64,000 nt of DNA from Asterias rubens (lineage: Eukaryota): contig NC_047073.1 of NCBI RefSeq assembly GCF_902459465.1, positions 11,842,001-11,906,000 on the forward strand, given 5' to 3'. The notes under the pieces are model-generated. The model saw nothing but the letters and a program-made list of their open reading frames with translations. It made no database searches and was not told where the DNA came from. The position numbers and the translations under genes were made by a program. Each line of letters begins with the position of its first letter. Position 1 is the first letter of the stretch. Below are positions 1 to 13,198 of the stretch, piece by piece.

Positions 1-57
1 TTAGTTCTTTGACAAAAGGTTTAATTAAACAGCTTTGGTTTGAACAAAGAAAAAATT

Positions 58-127
58 GACTGGAGCCGGACTTGAATCAATGCCCTCCGAACGAACATAC
101 CGACGCTCTACCAACTGAGCTTGACAG
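58..127 (-). mobile_element. tRNA-derived SINE head / tRNA pseudogene fragment
   Basis: Minus strand reads AGCTCAGTTGGTAGAGC (A box) ... GATTCAAGTCC (B box-like); acceptor and anticodon stems do not pair properly. Confidence 0.55.
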
Positions 128-977
128 GCTCCCCCCCCCCTTAGTCAATATCTTTATTTTCGGGGGTGCCAGTCAGAAGCCATATGACTGTAGCCAACCT
201 TGCTACCATAGGCAGCATGCCAAATCACGCTAGCTCTGCATACGTCTCTAACCCCTGGGAGGGAAACTCTGATCCGTGTCTTTGATTGGCTATTATATAT
301 GCACAAAATTTGAAACGCCGTGCGTCTCCAAAAAGCCCTGCGTATAAAGATGTACGTATTCACTTTTTTGTCACGCAACACTGAACGCCAAGGCAAGTTT
401 ATGACTTTTATTAATCACAGCGAATCCAGCGTGTGCGCGACCAATGCCCAACACAGAAGTATCAACCACAGGACTAATTGTAATATCCCTTATATTTGGA
501 TATTTTTGAGTTACACTTCCAGGGGTTATGATCGAGCAAGGCATGCTGGGAAAAAATGGCGCGGCGAGATCGATCACCCCTGGGAACGAGGTGTGACTGT
601 AGCTGATATGTGGCAAGAGACCACATCCAAATTTAGGATACAACCAGCTTTAATTAAAGGGACACTTTGGCCTTATACCAGATGGCTACTAAATAGTGAT
701 GCTTTTCAATACTGAACAAATTTTGCCTGCCCACCTTGAGTAAAGTTTGACTGGTCCTTGGGGATAGGGGGATATCCAAAATGAATCAAAAATGCGGTCA
801 AGCACTAAGGGTAAATCTATCTCATTTGTCTTGTGGATTTGTACCCCAAATGCGAGCTCTGCAAAGCATAGCATAGGTTCTTTGTGTACAAATCAAGTGA
901 ATACCAGCCCCATAACATTGACTGTCGATGAACAGCGTGAGCTCAAAAGATGTTTCAAATTTTGGTGTTTTTTTTAG

Positions 978-3900
978 TATGAGGACAGGACCAATCCGAT
1001 GGATAAACACATGGAAGTGCTCATGAGTAACCATGATCTACAAGCCTCACCAATCACAGCCCAGATGTTTGGCCGAGCTGGCATAGAGCATATGGACAAA
1101 TATGGTAAGTCTGTTTTTAAATGCCCTGCCGCCGAAAGTCGAAGGTCATTAAGTTTTTACCCTGTCTGTGGGCTGTGTGTTTTAACGCTACATACAAAGT
1201 GTGTGGGCCTGAGAACAAAAGCGGTCCACATAATGCAGGGATTTGAGAACTGTGTAGACTTACACAATCCACAAAGTGTTATTAACAGTATTGAAGAATA
1301 TGATTCTTTTGGCGTGTCGTGGACGAGCAGTCCAGGTCACCTGGACCCAAGCTCTGGTGTTGTCAGCAGCAGAGTGTGGGTTCGACTCCTGGTCATGGCA
1401 CTTGTGCCCTTGAGCAAGGCACTTGACCATAATTGCTTCGTAAGAAGTAAGGAAGGTAGTAAGTATCTGCTCTACCAGCCAGGCTACTAGTCGGTGATAC
1501 CCATGCCTACATCCTTGCGGACCTGTTTCAGCCCCAGGAGTAGGTGGCAATGGCCCCTGGTGGCAGTTGATTTGGTTCGATAGCCCAAATCAGTCAAGTG
1601 TAGCCCTCACCTTGAAGCGGCAAACCCTGGTGTTGTGATGATAGGCGGTCTCTAGTATAAATTTAAAACTTAAAAAGAATGTCTTCAATCATATAAGAGT
1701 CAAAACTTTGGGCAAAGGAATTGCCAACTTTCACCCCCCAAAATTACCAAGTACTCAAATAGTTCATTTTAAGTGTACCAAATGTATAACTTTGTTGTGT
1801 TTGTTTTTGTATGTTAAAGGTACAACTGCAGACCACATTGCAAAAATAGCCTACAAAAACCACAAGCATTCTACAAACAACCCGTAAGTTTTGTACAAAA
1901 ATGTTCAAAGTAAATATGCAAATTTTTTATTAGTCATCCTGCTCACTGACCATTTAATAATAACCACTCTGGTTTTGGTGATGGATAAGCTATGCCAGCC
2001 TGCAATATGATATCACATTCTGTGAATGCATCTACATAGTACACAGTCAACCCTCCTACTGTCTGGCCATTCAATTTCATCCTTGTTTGAGTTTAGTTCA
2101 TAGTTGTGCCACCACACAAAAGCCAAGCGCTTAATGGTTTCAAATGGTTGGTCAACTGCCTAGAAAATGCAACCAAGAGTAGCATGGTTAGTGCTGTGGT
2201 CCAGGACCAGTGGTTAGACTGCAGGGCCCAATTTCATGGTTCTGCTTACCGCCGAATTTTGCGCTTACGATCACGATTCCCCGCCTATGTGCAAGCGGCG
2301 AATTTCTACGCTAGCCTTGTAAGCGTAGAATGCCTGGTATTGTAAAGTATGCACGCGCAGAAGCCGAAATTCACTGCTAACCCGTGAAATACGCTTGCCG
2401 TAAGCACAGAAGTCCCTGCTTCCGTAAGCACCGATTCTGTGCTTACAGTAAGCAGAGCCATGGAGTCGGACCCAGGACTTGCAATCACAAGGTTGTGGGC
2501 TTGAATCCTACAAAGCTTACCGCTGATTTCACAATGACTTGAATAAGTATTGTCGTCTAGTTACTAAATCACAATTTATTTATTTGTGCAATTCATAGTC
2601 ACAGACGTACAAACCAATGTGTAAGTATGAGAGAGATTGGCTGTTGCCAGCTTGGTGTTTATATCCCCTTGTGGAAGTTTGCTGAATTCCCTTAATAAAG
2701 GGTCTATGTAACTTTTGTAGGACAAAAAACACAATGTCCACAGATTTACACTCAACTTACACAGTTTGAAGATAGTAGAAAGCTTCCCTGAAAATACTAC
2801 GTGCTGAGGTGCTGTAATTTTGGGGAAATGAGTAAAACATAGTCATGAAAATAATTTTCGTCTCAAACCCTGTAAGTTTCATGTAAATCTATGGACATTT
2901 TGAAAAAGGACCCAAATCCTTTAAGGGGAAGATCATCTAAACATTATAAGCAAACAAACAAATTAAATTCTGATTTAGTACATGACATATAAAGTAATAC
3001 AAATTTTGACTTTCCTCCTCCCCAACCAACCCTCCACTTCTCCCTGAAGTTATTCACAATTTCAAAAGGAATATTCTTTGGCAGACATTAAGAACGCTCC
3101 GATGGTCTTCGCACCTCTCACCAAGTTACAGTGCTGGTAAGTGCCCAGTGTTCACTGTCTTGTCTCAAATCTCATCCACAAGATCTTGGAGTTTGGGAAA
3201 ATCTTGGAAGTATAACAGAAGAAGTCTCTCCCTTTTTTCTCTTTTTCCCCTTTTTTAAAATGAAAGTTTGCCCAAACAAAGCTAAAAGCCACTCCTTGTA
3301 AAGGCTACAATGAGATTTTTTTCTCTTTTTCCCCTTTTTTAAAATGAAAGTTTGCCCAAACAAAGCTAAAAGCCACTCCTTGTAAAGGCTACAATGAGAA
3401 AACATTAAGAATGAAAATAACTGAAGCTGAAGGTATGAATTTATAATAAATATGTGGAATAAAACTGTTGGAATGGCTCTTTGTTCTACATCTCAGCAAA
3501 TCAAGAGTGTATGTGTGAGAAGAAGCAGAAAGTCTGGTTTAACGCTCAAAAACTCTGATAGGAGGAACCGGGTCAGACTCACTGCACTGGTTGCACATTT
3601 ACCATGAACTTATCTGTGGAAAAGACAGAGGCTGGGTACAGAACTACAGTGGGAAAAAAGGTTGTAACATTTACCCTAACCCTTCACCAGCAAGATAAAC
3701 AGTAAGCTTCTGCACTCTAAAGGATAAATGACAGGCAGAAGCTCCGGACCCAGATATGACAACAGTAATCCATTAGAAATAGCAGAACGTCAACCATTCA
3801 GAAGTTTGGTTGATGCTAGAATAAAAAAATAGTATGCATCATTAAGTGTTTACTTCCAGATGATTTGCATTTGAACATATTTAATGGATATCAATTTTGG

Positions 3901-6900
3901 TTTTACCCATATACACCGATGCTGTTAGCACTGTTTAATCAGTACTTTCCCTGAGCTCTGTGAAACAATTGATTACTCGGGTGGGATTTGAACCATATTG
4001 GACATGTTGAATGTATATTTTGATCAAATACTTTTACAGCCCGACCTCTGATGGTAGTGCAGCTGCCGTCCTCTGTAGCGAAGACTTCGTCAAGAAACAC
4101 AATCTGCAAGCCAGGGCAGTGGAAATAATCGGTATGCAGATGGCGACAGACTTACCCAGCACCTTTGAAGAGAACAGCATTATGAAGATGGTAAGGTCAA
4201 ATGTCAAAGGTCAAATTTTTAGTTAGTGACACTGGCCTAATGTCAAATTTAATTTCTAAGGCTATCTTATATGGCAGCTATAGATAGGACTGTTGTTAAA
4301 GCCCCTGTTATGCTACTCTATTCCCCGGTGGCAACCTTTTCACACTATGATTGCTTTACCCCTGGTCTACCACGGCAAATAGGTATACCCTGGGGAACAA
4401 ACCTGTGAAATTTAGGCTCAATCGGTCATCGGAGTCGGGAGAAAATAATGGGAAAACCCACCCTTGTTTCCGCACGTTTCGCTGTGTCATGACATGTGTT
4501 TAAAATAAATCTGTAATTCTCGCTAACGAGAATTTATATTGTTTTAATTTTTTCTCAAAAAGTAAAGCATTTCATGGAACAATTTTTCAAGAGAAGTCTT
4601 TCACCATTACCTTCTGTAAACCCTGTAAGTTATTTGTAAAGCTGTGCACTTTTATTATTTTTTTCTGTACCGAAAGGGTCCAATGGCTTTAAAACCCTGT
4701 GGAATAGTGACCTGTTAGCAACTATTTTGTCAGCTCTACCAATCCTGTTTTAAAACCTTTAGGAACTAAGGAAAAAGCTTTTTACAACTTTGTAAAACAT
4801 TTAAAGTCTTTATGTTGAAGTGTTTCAACTAAATAGTGCCTTTTAAAGTCTATTTTCCGTAATTGGTTTGTTTTGTTAAGTTTGATGTAATTTTTTAATG
4901 AATTGTGTATTGATTTATTGTAAAATTGGACGCAACTACAACTTCTGATTGTAATGTCTTTTTATATTTTTGAAATACTAAATATACCTTTTTATCTATC
5001 TTTTATCATCTTAAAGGTTGGGTACGACATGACAAAGAAAGCGGCTGATGATCTGTATCGCAAGACTGGTGTCCATCCGTCACAGATCGACGTCGTTGAG
5101 TTACATGATTGCTTTGCTGCTAACGAGCTAATCACATATGAAGCCCTGGGTCTTTGCCCTCCAGGTAATTATTATTACAGACATCCCACCCATCTTCGTC
5201 TAGTTCCCTTTATTCACGGTAGTTAATTGTCAAGGCACTGGAGGGGACCTGACTGTATTTTTCCTTTTGACCTCATTTTGGATATAATAGGTTTGTACTG
5301 AAAACCAAATACGACAGAACCATCCTCTGAAAAAAGGGTGAAACTGATATTTTGAGTGGTTTCATAATTCATTTCTATGTTATAAAAGAGAAAATAAACT
5401 AGCTTTTGCAAACTGCTTCCATGTACCAACCGAGATCACTTAGGGTATAAGTGACCCTTCTCGGTAGTAGCGCCCTGTCCCCCCTTGCTGTATCTCAACA
5501 TATGCATTTAAGATATTAAACCTGTGAAAATTTAGGCTCAATCAGTCCATCGAAGTTACGTGACAAAAATGAAAGAAAAAGCACCCTTGTCACACAAAGT
5601 TGTGTGTTTTCAGATGCTTGATTTCGAGACCTCAAATTCTAAATGTGAGGTCTCGAAATCAAATTCATGGAAAATTACTTCTTTCTCGAAAACTACGTCA
5701 CTTCAGAGGGAGCCGTTTCTCACAATGTTTTATACTATCAACAGCTCCCCAATACTCAGTACCAAGTAAGGTTTTATGCTAATAATTATTTTGAGTAATT
5801 ACCAATAGTGTCTAGTGCCTTGAAGCGGTCGGGTCGGTGCAGTGGTATCTTACCTCGCCTACGACAGCTAGAACCCTGTCCCAATCACACCAGTGGATTC
5901 TGTTTCCTGTCCCTACCTGATTACAGTGCTCTAAATCCCTGACCAGGGGTCGATTTCACAAAGAGTTAGGACTAAAGAGTTATGACTAGTCCTAACTTAG
6001 GACTAGTCCTAGGAGATATACAAATTGCATGGATAGTCCTAAGTTAGGACAAGTAACTGGTCCTAACTCGAGATAAGACTAGTCCTAACTCTTTGTGAAA
6101 TCCACCCCAGGAAACGTCATAAAATTGAAGGCAAACACAAATGCATTTTTGCCCGTATTATATCTCCACCTTCAGGGAAAGCCGGTGAGTTGATTGACAG
6201 AGGGGACAACACCTATGGAGGGAAGTATGTCATCAATCCCAGCGGGGGACTCATCTCAAAGGGGCATCCCCTCGGGGCAACAGGTGAGGAACGCTCTTAT
6301 TCAAACATAATATCAACAAGTAATTCAGTAATTTACATCAATTTCTGTGATTTTAAGTTCAAAGCCATTGGACACGTTCGGTAAACAGCATTTTCCAAAG
6401 GCCCACACTTCGTGTATCACAATTTATATATAAAATAACAAACCTGTTAAAATTGAGGTTCAATCGGTCATCGGAGTCATGACATCCATTTACAGTAAAT
6501 CCGTAATTCTCGCTATCGAGAAATGATGATTGTTTTAATGTTTTTCTCAAAAAGTAAAGTATTTCATGGAATAATATTTCAAGAGAAGTCTTTCACCTTT
6601 ACCTTCTGTAAGCCCTGTAAGTTATTTGTAAATCTGTGAACTTTTTATTTTGTTTCTGTTCCGAAAGTGTATAATGGCTTTAAAAGTAGGGTCATAGATT
6701 GGTTTTTGTCAACATAAGGCTGATTTTGTTTTCAAAATTATTATGAAAGATACACTATAGAAGTCGCCTGTGAAAGTTTCAGCTGTATACTGGACAGTGT
6801 TTGCTTGACGGAACACAAATGATGATGATGAGGGCAGGGTCTACATGTACTTGCTGATTGGCTGCTGGAGTCAACCTTGTTTGCATAATGATGTTAAAGG

Positions 6901-9900
6901 AACACGTTGCCTTGGATCGGTCGAGTTGGTCTTTGAAAAGCGTTCTGTAACCGTTTGTTACAAAATGCATGTGGGTAGAAAGATGTTGTAAAAGTAGAAT
7001 ATAATGATCCACACTAATTTGCCTCGAAATTACACGGTTTTCCTTTTACCTCGTCGACTAACACTATCGGCCATTTATGGAGTCAAATTTTTGACTCCCA
7101 TAAATGGCCGACCGTGTTAGTTTGCGACGTAAAAGGAAAACTGTGCAATTTTGAGTGATACTTGTGTGGATCCTTATGTTCTACTTTTAAAACATCTTTC
7201 TAACCATATGCATTTCATAACAAACGGTTTCAAACGCTTTTTATAGACCAACTCGTCCGATCCAAGGCAACGTGTTCCTTTAAGTTGAGCTCTGATTGGT
7301 TAGCTGTTTCCTTGTAGCTGCCAAAAGTCTCCTTAAAACATCACAAGAGTTATTTTTAGTTCTTGTTTATTTAATTCTTGCCATTGATCATTATCCTGAA
7401 ATTTGCTAATAAAAAGTTTGAAAAAGTGTATTGGTTAAAGGCAGTGGACACTATTGGTAATTACTCAAAATAATTATTAGCATAAAACCTTCATTGGTAA
7501 GTAGTAATAGGGAGAGGTTGATGGTATAAAACCTTGTGAGAAACGGCTCCTTCTGAAGTGATGTAGTTTTCGATAAAGAAGTAATTTTCCACGAATTTGA
7601 TTTCGAGACCTCAAGTTTAGAACTTGAGGTCTCGAAATCAAGCATCTAAAAATGCACAACTTCGTGTGACAAGGGTGAATTTTTCTTTCATAGTTATCTC
7701 GCAACTCCGACGACCAATCAAGCTAAAATTTTCACAGGTTTGTTATTTCATGCACCGGTTGAGAAACACCAAATGAGAAGACTGGATTTTGACAATTACC
7801 AATAGTGTCCACTGCCTTTAAATGTGCACCTATTTATAATAATATCATAATATATTCACAGTGCTACACATGTTTGCTCAACAAATTCAGGCGTTTATTT
7901 CTTTTTCCCAAAAGTTTTCAACCTCATTGTTAGGGCATTCCCATTTGTTTTGTACACAAAAGCAAAGTGAGGGTCTCCTCGCACCCCAACATGGCTCCAC
8001 ACAGAACCATAGAAGAATATCGAGTTTGGTTAAAATTCTTTTTCAAGCAATATGTTTATTCCAGCTGTTTAATAGGGCTTTAATTGTGTTTTTTTTTTTA
8101 ATGTTGTATACGTTTTGTTCAATTTGTTGTCTTTTTGGATAAAGAACATTCTTGTTTCGGAAGATATCCCACAATCCAACCCTCAGGACAATCTGCTCTA
8201 GACTATGGCTTGTGTTTTTGATTATAAACTTTCCCTTAAAACAACTTCCAATCTTAAATACAAGTTTGTATTTTTGTTTGTGATAAAACAAACGATCACA
8301 AGAGACTTTTAATGTTTAAAATAAAAGAGAAACTGTTTATGTATGTGAAAGAGAAACGCCCACCCCTTTAATTAAATGGCGTATACCCGTCGCTTGAGGG
8401 CGCTACGTAATCCTGCCATAAAAAAAAGAATTATAGCGATTTTTAGACGTGCTTGTGGGTGTGATAAAGAGGTGAAAATCACGGTAAAATCACATTGTTT
8501 TTAGTAAATCCTTTTGTTCTTTCAGTGATGAATTGTAAACCTTTAGGGACAGTCCAGGGACAGTGCTAGTTAAGATGGGAAGGCTAAAAAATTAAATTGT
8601 TGCTGGTAGTTTGTGCGGTCCGTCACATTTTCTCTGCTGTTCCGACCGGCCAGATCGTCGGCGGACGGTACCACCAGTACCACCACCGCCCACCAGCACG
8701 GCGGTGCTACCACCACACGTTTCCTGGCCCCCGTTAAGCTTATAATATATAATTAATATATCACCGTCGGCGTCGGGGACTCGTTTCGTTTGTAAAATTG
8801 TACAAAAACGATTAGAAACTAATATAGAATAAAGGAGTCCATGCTTTAGTTAGGATAGGGCTCCCCTATTTATTTATTATTCTGTACTGTATCGTTTGTA
8901 AGTAGTTGTGATATCGTAATCCTCCTCTCGTGGGGAGGAGGATAACGTAAACATTTCAACTATATCTTTTGTTGAGGTGCAGTCTTTTTGTCCCACTCTA
9001 CTTCTACTTCTAGAAAAAAAGGCTCGTTAAGTTGTAGTTTCTAGAAGAAGTCCTATTCCATGTTCAGTCAGACTAAATTTTAAATTAATTTGATTGAAAT
9101 GAATGATCTTCTCAAATTTCTAGTCAACTTCCTTTGCCTTACAAGTTGCAAGTGGACTGATGTTTATAATAATATTATTAATAATTATCTAAAATTACTA
9201 ACTAAACTACAATCATGAATGATTTTTTTTTTTTTTTTTTTTTTGGGGGGGGGGGTTAATTGTTTTGTTTTAGTCCCAAGATGGGGCACTTCAGTTTGAT
9301 GATAGACTCATTTAAACTGTCATAATTTACTGCAATTTTTTTTTTTTTTTTACATTTCAAATTTTCCTGTTTCATAAAGTTGGCAGTGGACAGGGTTTGG
9401 TAAAGCTTAAAAAATGCTATGAAAGAATAAATTCAAAAGTACCATGGCCTTAACCATTGGGGAAGAAAAGCCATAACCGTAATTCATAATCTTCTCCGTT
9501 CCGATGCATTCTCCCCACAGGTTTAGCCCAGTGTGCAGAGCTTTGTTGGCAATTACGAGGAGAGGCCGAGAAGAGACAGGTTCCCGGAGCCAAACTAGCT
9601 TTGCAGCACAACATCGGATTAGGAGGCGCTGCAGTGGTGACATTATACAAAATGGGCTTTCCTGAACGACAAAGGTAATAATTACCCCCCAACAAGTTGT
9701 CGCCCATTTGTTCAACCCGAAGCATAATTTAAATTGGTGAATGGTGATCACAACTTTATTTTGCAGCTCCTCATTTTTTTATTATGAATTTCTGACTATC
9801 TCTTGTTTTGAAAGGTGGTCGGGTTGCCGTGGTGGTATCTTCCCTTTACTTTCACCTCAGTCCCTACCTGCCTGCATTGGTTTTCCCTGGAATAGTCTTT

Positions 9901-12152
9901 TGGGTTTTCCACCCACATCTTAAACTGAAACTTCTATTCCTTCCTTGTCTTTTCTCAATTGGTGTCTTAGCTAATACAGTGACGAAGCCTGCTTTTTTGA
10001 GACTACTGGGCTCCTCAACCAGAATAAAGGAAATAAAAATACTAACTTCAGACAAAATTTTGCAGCTAGGCATGCAGCTCGTTTGTAAACCCGATCATAA
10101 TAGTTTCATTACAATGTTAAATTAACTGCAAGTGCTAACTCCATATCACTACATTGGTTTGACAGAAATATGTATGCAAGTATTTCTGGTTGCCAGTGAA
10201 CATCTTTGTTTTTTTTACTTTGTCCTCGTCAAGCGCACGTATCCAGCCCAGGCTGACTGCAGCAGAGACCTTCAAGTGTGAACCACTCTTCAATCTCATC
10301 GAGGAACATTTGAAAGGGGTAGGTTGACTGGACCTAGTATGTGATTTCAAACCCCCCCCCCCAACCTTCCCAACCCCTCGCTCTTTGTTTTCTAGTTCTA
10401 ATTGTCCTGGGTGACTTTTTGTAGAGGTGTTGATATTATTGAAACATTTTGTCAGCACTTTTTTTTTTACAAGAATTTGTAACTTTTTTACTGGCAGTAT
10501 TTCTTAAAGGTCCACTTCACTGTGCCAAGCCGCTGTATTAATTTTCTCAATTTTTGGAGCTTCTTGAGTAAATCGTTTTCCTTTGAAGATATAATAGCCA
10601 CAATGAAACCCTGATTAGACAAAAGAAAGTCACCAGAGGGTCTCATACTATGCTCCGAGATTTGGTGTTGCTGTATGAGAAAGATGAGTAGGCACTCAAC
10701 AGCTGGGAAATCTACCTGTTATCTTGAAACACCCATACAAACTTGCAAATTAATGCCAAACAATTGTTTTCCCATTCTTTTATGCCACATTTGAACAACA
10801 ATTGGGCAAAGGCCATGAATTTTTTTAGCGGGGTTACACAACAACAAACTGAGCAAAAGTTGATGTTCTGACATTAAAAACGTCCGATAAGTATTAAAAA
10901 AATTAATAATAATAAATAAAAATGCAGAAAAACATGCCATCCCACCTGATAAGTTGTCTCTTCATTATCTTATGTATGTATGTCTTGTTATCTTCTTTAT
11001 TTCTTGTACCTTATGAACTTCTCGTTATCTGAACAATTTCTCGTTATCTTATGAATTATTCTCGCCTGTCATTATGTTTCTCTTGTTCCTGGCTGTAGTC
11101 GGGTAAAGCCATCGCTAAGAAAGTTGACGCCCGGTTTGGGTTCAAGGTGACTGCAGGGCCTGGAGGAAAGTCTGCATTCTGGCTCATCGACCTGAAGGAC
11201 GGAGCAACCTCTGTTGTGCGGGACGGCAAAGGTAAAGCGCTCTTCATTTTACCTTTAGATCATTGCATTTCGTTGTGTTAGTGTGATAACCGACATGATC
11301 TTGGGGCAACTAGGTCTCTCCTCTCCACTTCAGCCATGTTGCTGAGCCCCGTGTCCCGTCGAAGCTTGCCTTGTGGGTGGTTTGTCTTCTTAGTGTAATA
11401 ACATTGTATCTTTGCGTGTGCTTGTTTTGTGTGTACATCCATACTATTTTAAGCAAGATACGAGGTTGTGACAATTTTAAACTTGCGCTTGTTCTATTTT
11501 AGGAGATACAATGTTTTTGCACTGAAACACAAACAAATTACTTTATGTTAGATTTTGATATGTAGAGAATTTGATGCTTTGATAATACACTGTAATAATA
11601 ATAATATTACTCTTTTTTGAAGCCCAATATCCAAAGGATTCAAAGTGCTGTTTGCAGTCGGTCATTCATGAGTCAGTGACCACCAGAAGCCGATTGTCTA
11701 AAATTTATTTGAGTTATTTGTAAAGCGCTTAGAGATAACTTTATATTAGGCGCTATATAAATCAAATATATTATTATAAATTATTATATGAAGTCTAATC
11801 ATCGACTATTTCGAGTGAGGCACATGTCTGTTTAGCTTCTTTTTTAGCTGCTCCACTGTTGTCGAGCCACTCAGCGAAAGGAGTAGATCGTTCCAAAGAT
11901 TTGTTCAAACTTCAACAGGGATCTCTTCTGCAACAGTTTAAAAAATATTCTTTTACCCATTTGACTTGTAGATAAAGTAGACGTTACATTCACCATGAAA
12001 GACGCAGACCTTGTTCAGATGATGATGGGAAAACTACAACCCCAATCGGTAAGAGGAGCTCCCTTTTTCTGTAATGTTTTTTTTTTTTTTTTTTTCTTTT
12101 CCAATTTTTTTTGCAAAATACCTTTATTAGATTAAACAATAGTATTTGTGTG

Positions 12153-12189
<37 letters not shown>

Positions 12190-13153
12190 TATATATTCTT
12201 ATTCCATTATGCAACCGAAAAACATACAAATTAAAAAAATCACAGAAAAAGCAACCAACAGAATTAAACGCAAATGCCTAAAGGGCAGTAAACAAAAAAA
12301 CCACGGGTGTTTTTTACCCATACACCAAAATGAAAATATACTCCTTAAAAGCAGTGTATATTCAGTACTTTAGAGTCCTATGAAAACTAAATCACTGGCA
12401 CATTACTTGGATGGAATAGTAATGAGAACATTTGTTGTTTTTTGCATCAGCTCCCATTGGTTTTGTACACGTTTTCCAACTGTGGACCTTTCCTGAACCG
12501 TGGACTCAAGTGTCCTCTTTTGTTATTGGTCCCGATTTGAATGTGTATACCTACTCTAATGTTAAGAGAACAACAAATCCTGGTGCTTATTATATGAGAT
12601 CTTTGAAGTGGTTAAACACATTTTCCAAACTCTCTTTTGGTTAAAGGGTCTGAGTACTTTTTGTAGGACACAAAACACAATTTCCACAGATTGACATCAT
12701 ACTCGCACAGTTTGTAAATAGTGATGGTAGAAAGCTTCCGTAGTGTTTGAGAAATGAGTTAAACCAGTCACAAAAATAATTTTTGTCTCTAAAGACAGAA
12801 TTATTTTAGCATGTAAAATGTATTTTCATGACATTGTTTAACTCATTTCTCAAAAACTACAGCACCTCAGCTATAAGCTTTTTGCTATAAATATTTTCAA
12901 ATTGTGCGAGTTTGATGTTAATCTGTGGACATTGTGCTTTGTGTTTCAAAAAGTACCCAAATCCTATAAAACATGAGGTCATGAAAAACTTCTGAACGAA
13001 AATGACTGATTTGTTTATTTTTCTTTCTTTTTTTCCTTCTCTCTTTACCAGGCATTCTTCACTGGGAAGCTGAAAATATCCGGGGCGATGAAGTATGCCA
13101 CCAAATTACAGTCGATTATTCCAAAGAATATGACCATCAAGTCCAAACTATAA
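978..13153 (+). CDS. SCP2: Sterol carrier protein X / SCP2 (SCP2-type thiolase + SCP2 domain), 5'-partial, 11 exons
   Basis: GT-AG exons 978-1104, 1820-1883, 3050-3136, 4040-4190, 5017-5164, 6176-6283, 9521-9674, 10234-10318, 11099-11231, 11972-12048, 13052-13153 join in frame. Motifs [38 protein letters not shown]2 domain ([11 protein letters not shown]), C-terminal SKL (PTS1). Confidence 0.96.
1311..1625 (+). mobile_element. tRNA-derived SINE (family with CCTTGAGCAAGGCACTT core)
   Basis: B box GGTTCGACTCC followed by GTGCCCTTGAGCAAGGCACTT central domain; related copies at 24322-24486 and, split, at 57595-58645 (-). Confidence 0.6.
2225..2472. mobile_element. PIF/Harbinger-type MITE
   Basis: Degenerate TIRs GGCCCAATTTCATGGTTCTGCTTAC / GTAAGCAGAGCCATGGAGTCGGACC with CAG target duplication. 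Confidence 0.65.
2699..2920. mobile_element. Kolobok-type MITE, family D
   Basis: AGGGTC...AATCCT|TTAA termini; second copy at 12645-12964. Confidence 0.6.
3233..3399. repeat. 84-bp tandem duplication (2 copies)
   Basis: Essentially identical units with period 84 (AAGGCTACAA at 3301 and 3385). Confidence 0.9.
3895..3995 (-). mobile_element. tRNA-derived SINE fragment
   Basis: Reverse complement of the 26690-26850 element (GGTTCAAATCCCACCCGAGTAAT...GGTGTATATGGGTAAAA). Confidence 0.6.
4398..4688. mobile_element. Kolobok-type MITE, family C (5'-truncated)
   Basis: Ends GTCCAATGGCT|TTAA; body matches 6362-6679. Confidence 0.65.
5490..5820. mobile_element. Kolobok-type MITE, family A (one end missing)
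   Basis: Family-A body (CACCCTTGTCACACAAAGTTGTG...GAGTAATTACCAATAGTGTC); opposite orientation to 7439-7817. Confidence 0.75.
5947..6107. mobile_element. PIF/Harbinger-type MITE
   Basis: TIR GGGTCGATTTCACAAAGAGTTAG / CTAACTCTTTGTGAAATCCACCC, CAG TSD on both sides, internal AGGACTAGTCCT palindromes. Confidence 0.75.
6362..6679. mobile_element. Kolobok-type MITE, family C
   Basis: AGCCATTGGACAC ... GTGTATAATGGCT|TTAA. Confidence 0.7.
6898..7279. mobile_element. Kolobok-type MITE, family B
   Basis: TTAA|AGGAACACGTTGCCTTGGATCGG ... CCGATCCAAGGCAACGTGTTCCT|TTAA; internal palindrome CGGCCATTTATGGAGTCAAA/TTTGACTCCCATAAATGGCCG. Confidence 0.8.
7439..7817. mobile_element. Kolobok-type MITE, family A (full length)
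   Basis: TTAA|AGGCAGTGGACACTATTGGTAATT ... AATTACCAATAGTGTCCACTGCCT|TTAA. TTAA TSD with AG...CT (RR) termini fits Kolobok rather than piggyBac (CC). Confidence 0.85.
12645..12964. mobile_element. Kolobok-type MITE, family D
   Basis: TTAA|AGGGTCTGAGTACTTTTTGTAGGAC...GTACCCAAATCCT; homologous to 2699-2920. Confidence 0.65.
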
Positions 13154-13198
13154 ATCATTTTTCTGATGCTGAAGCTACTGGATGAACATTGAGAATCA

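Larger units (their letters stand above)
2195..2945 (+). mobile_element. tRNA-headed SINE-like repeat interrupted by two MITEs
   Basis: Removing 2225-2472 and 2699-2920 leaves a sequence collinear with the uninterrupted minus-strand copy at 32555-32810. Confidence 0.6.

Noticed and set aside
58-127. Functional tRNA gene
   Set aside because: A/B boxes are present but the stems do not pair; similar heads recur as SINEs.
999-1490. 163-aa ORF as a complete protein
   Set aside because: Only 978-1104 is SCP2 exon; the rest is intron and SINE read-through.
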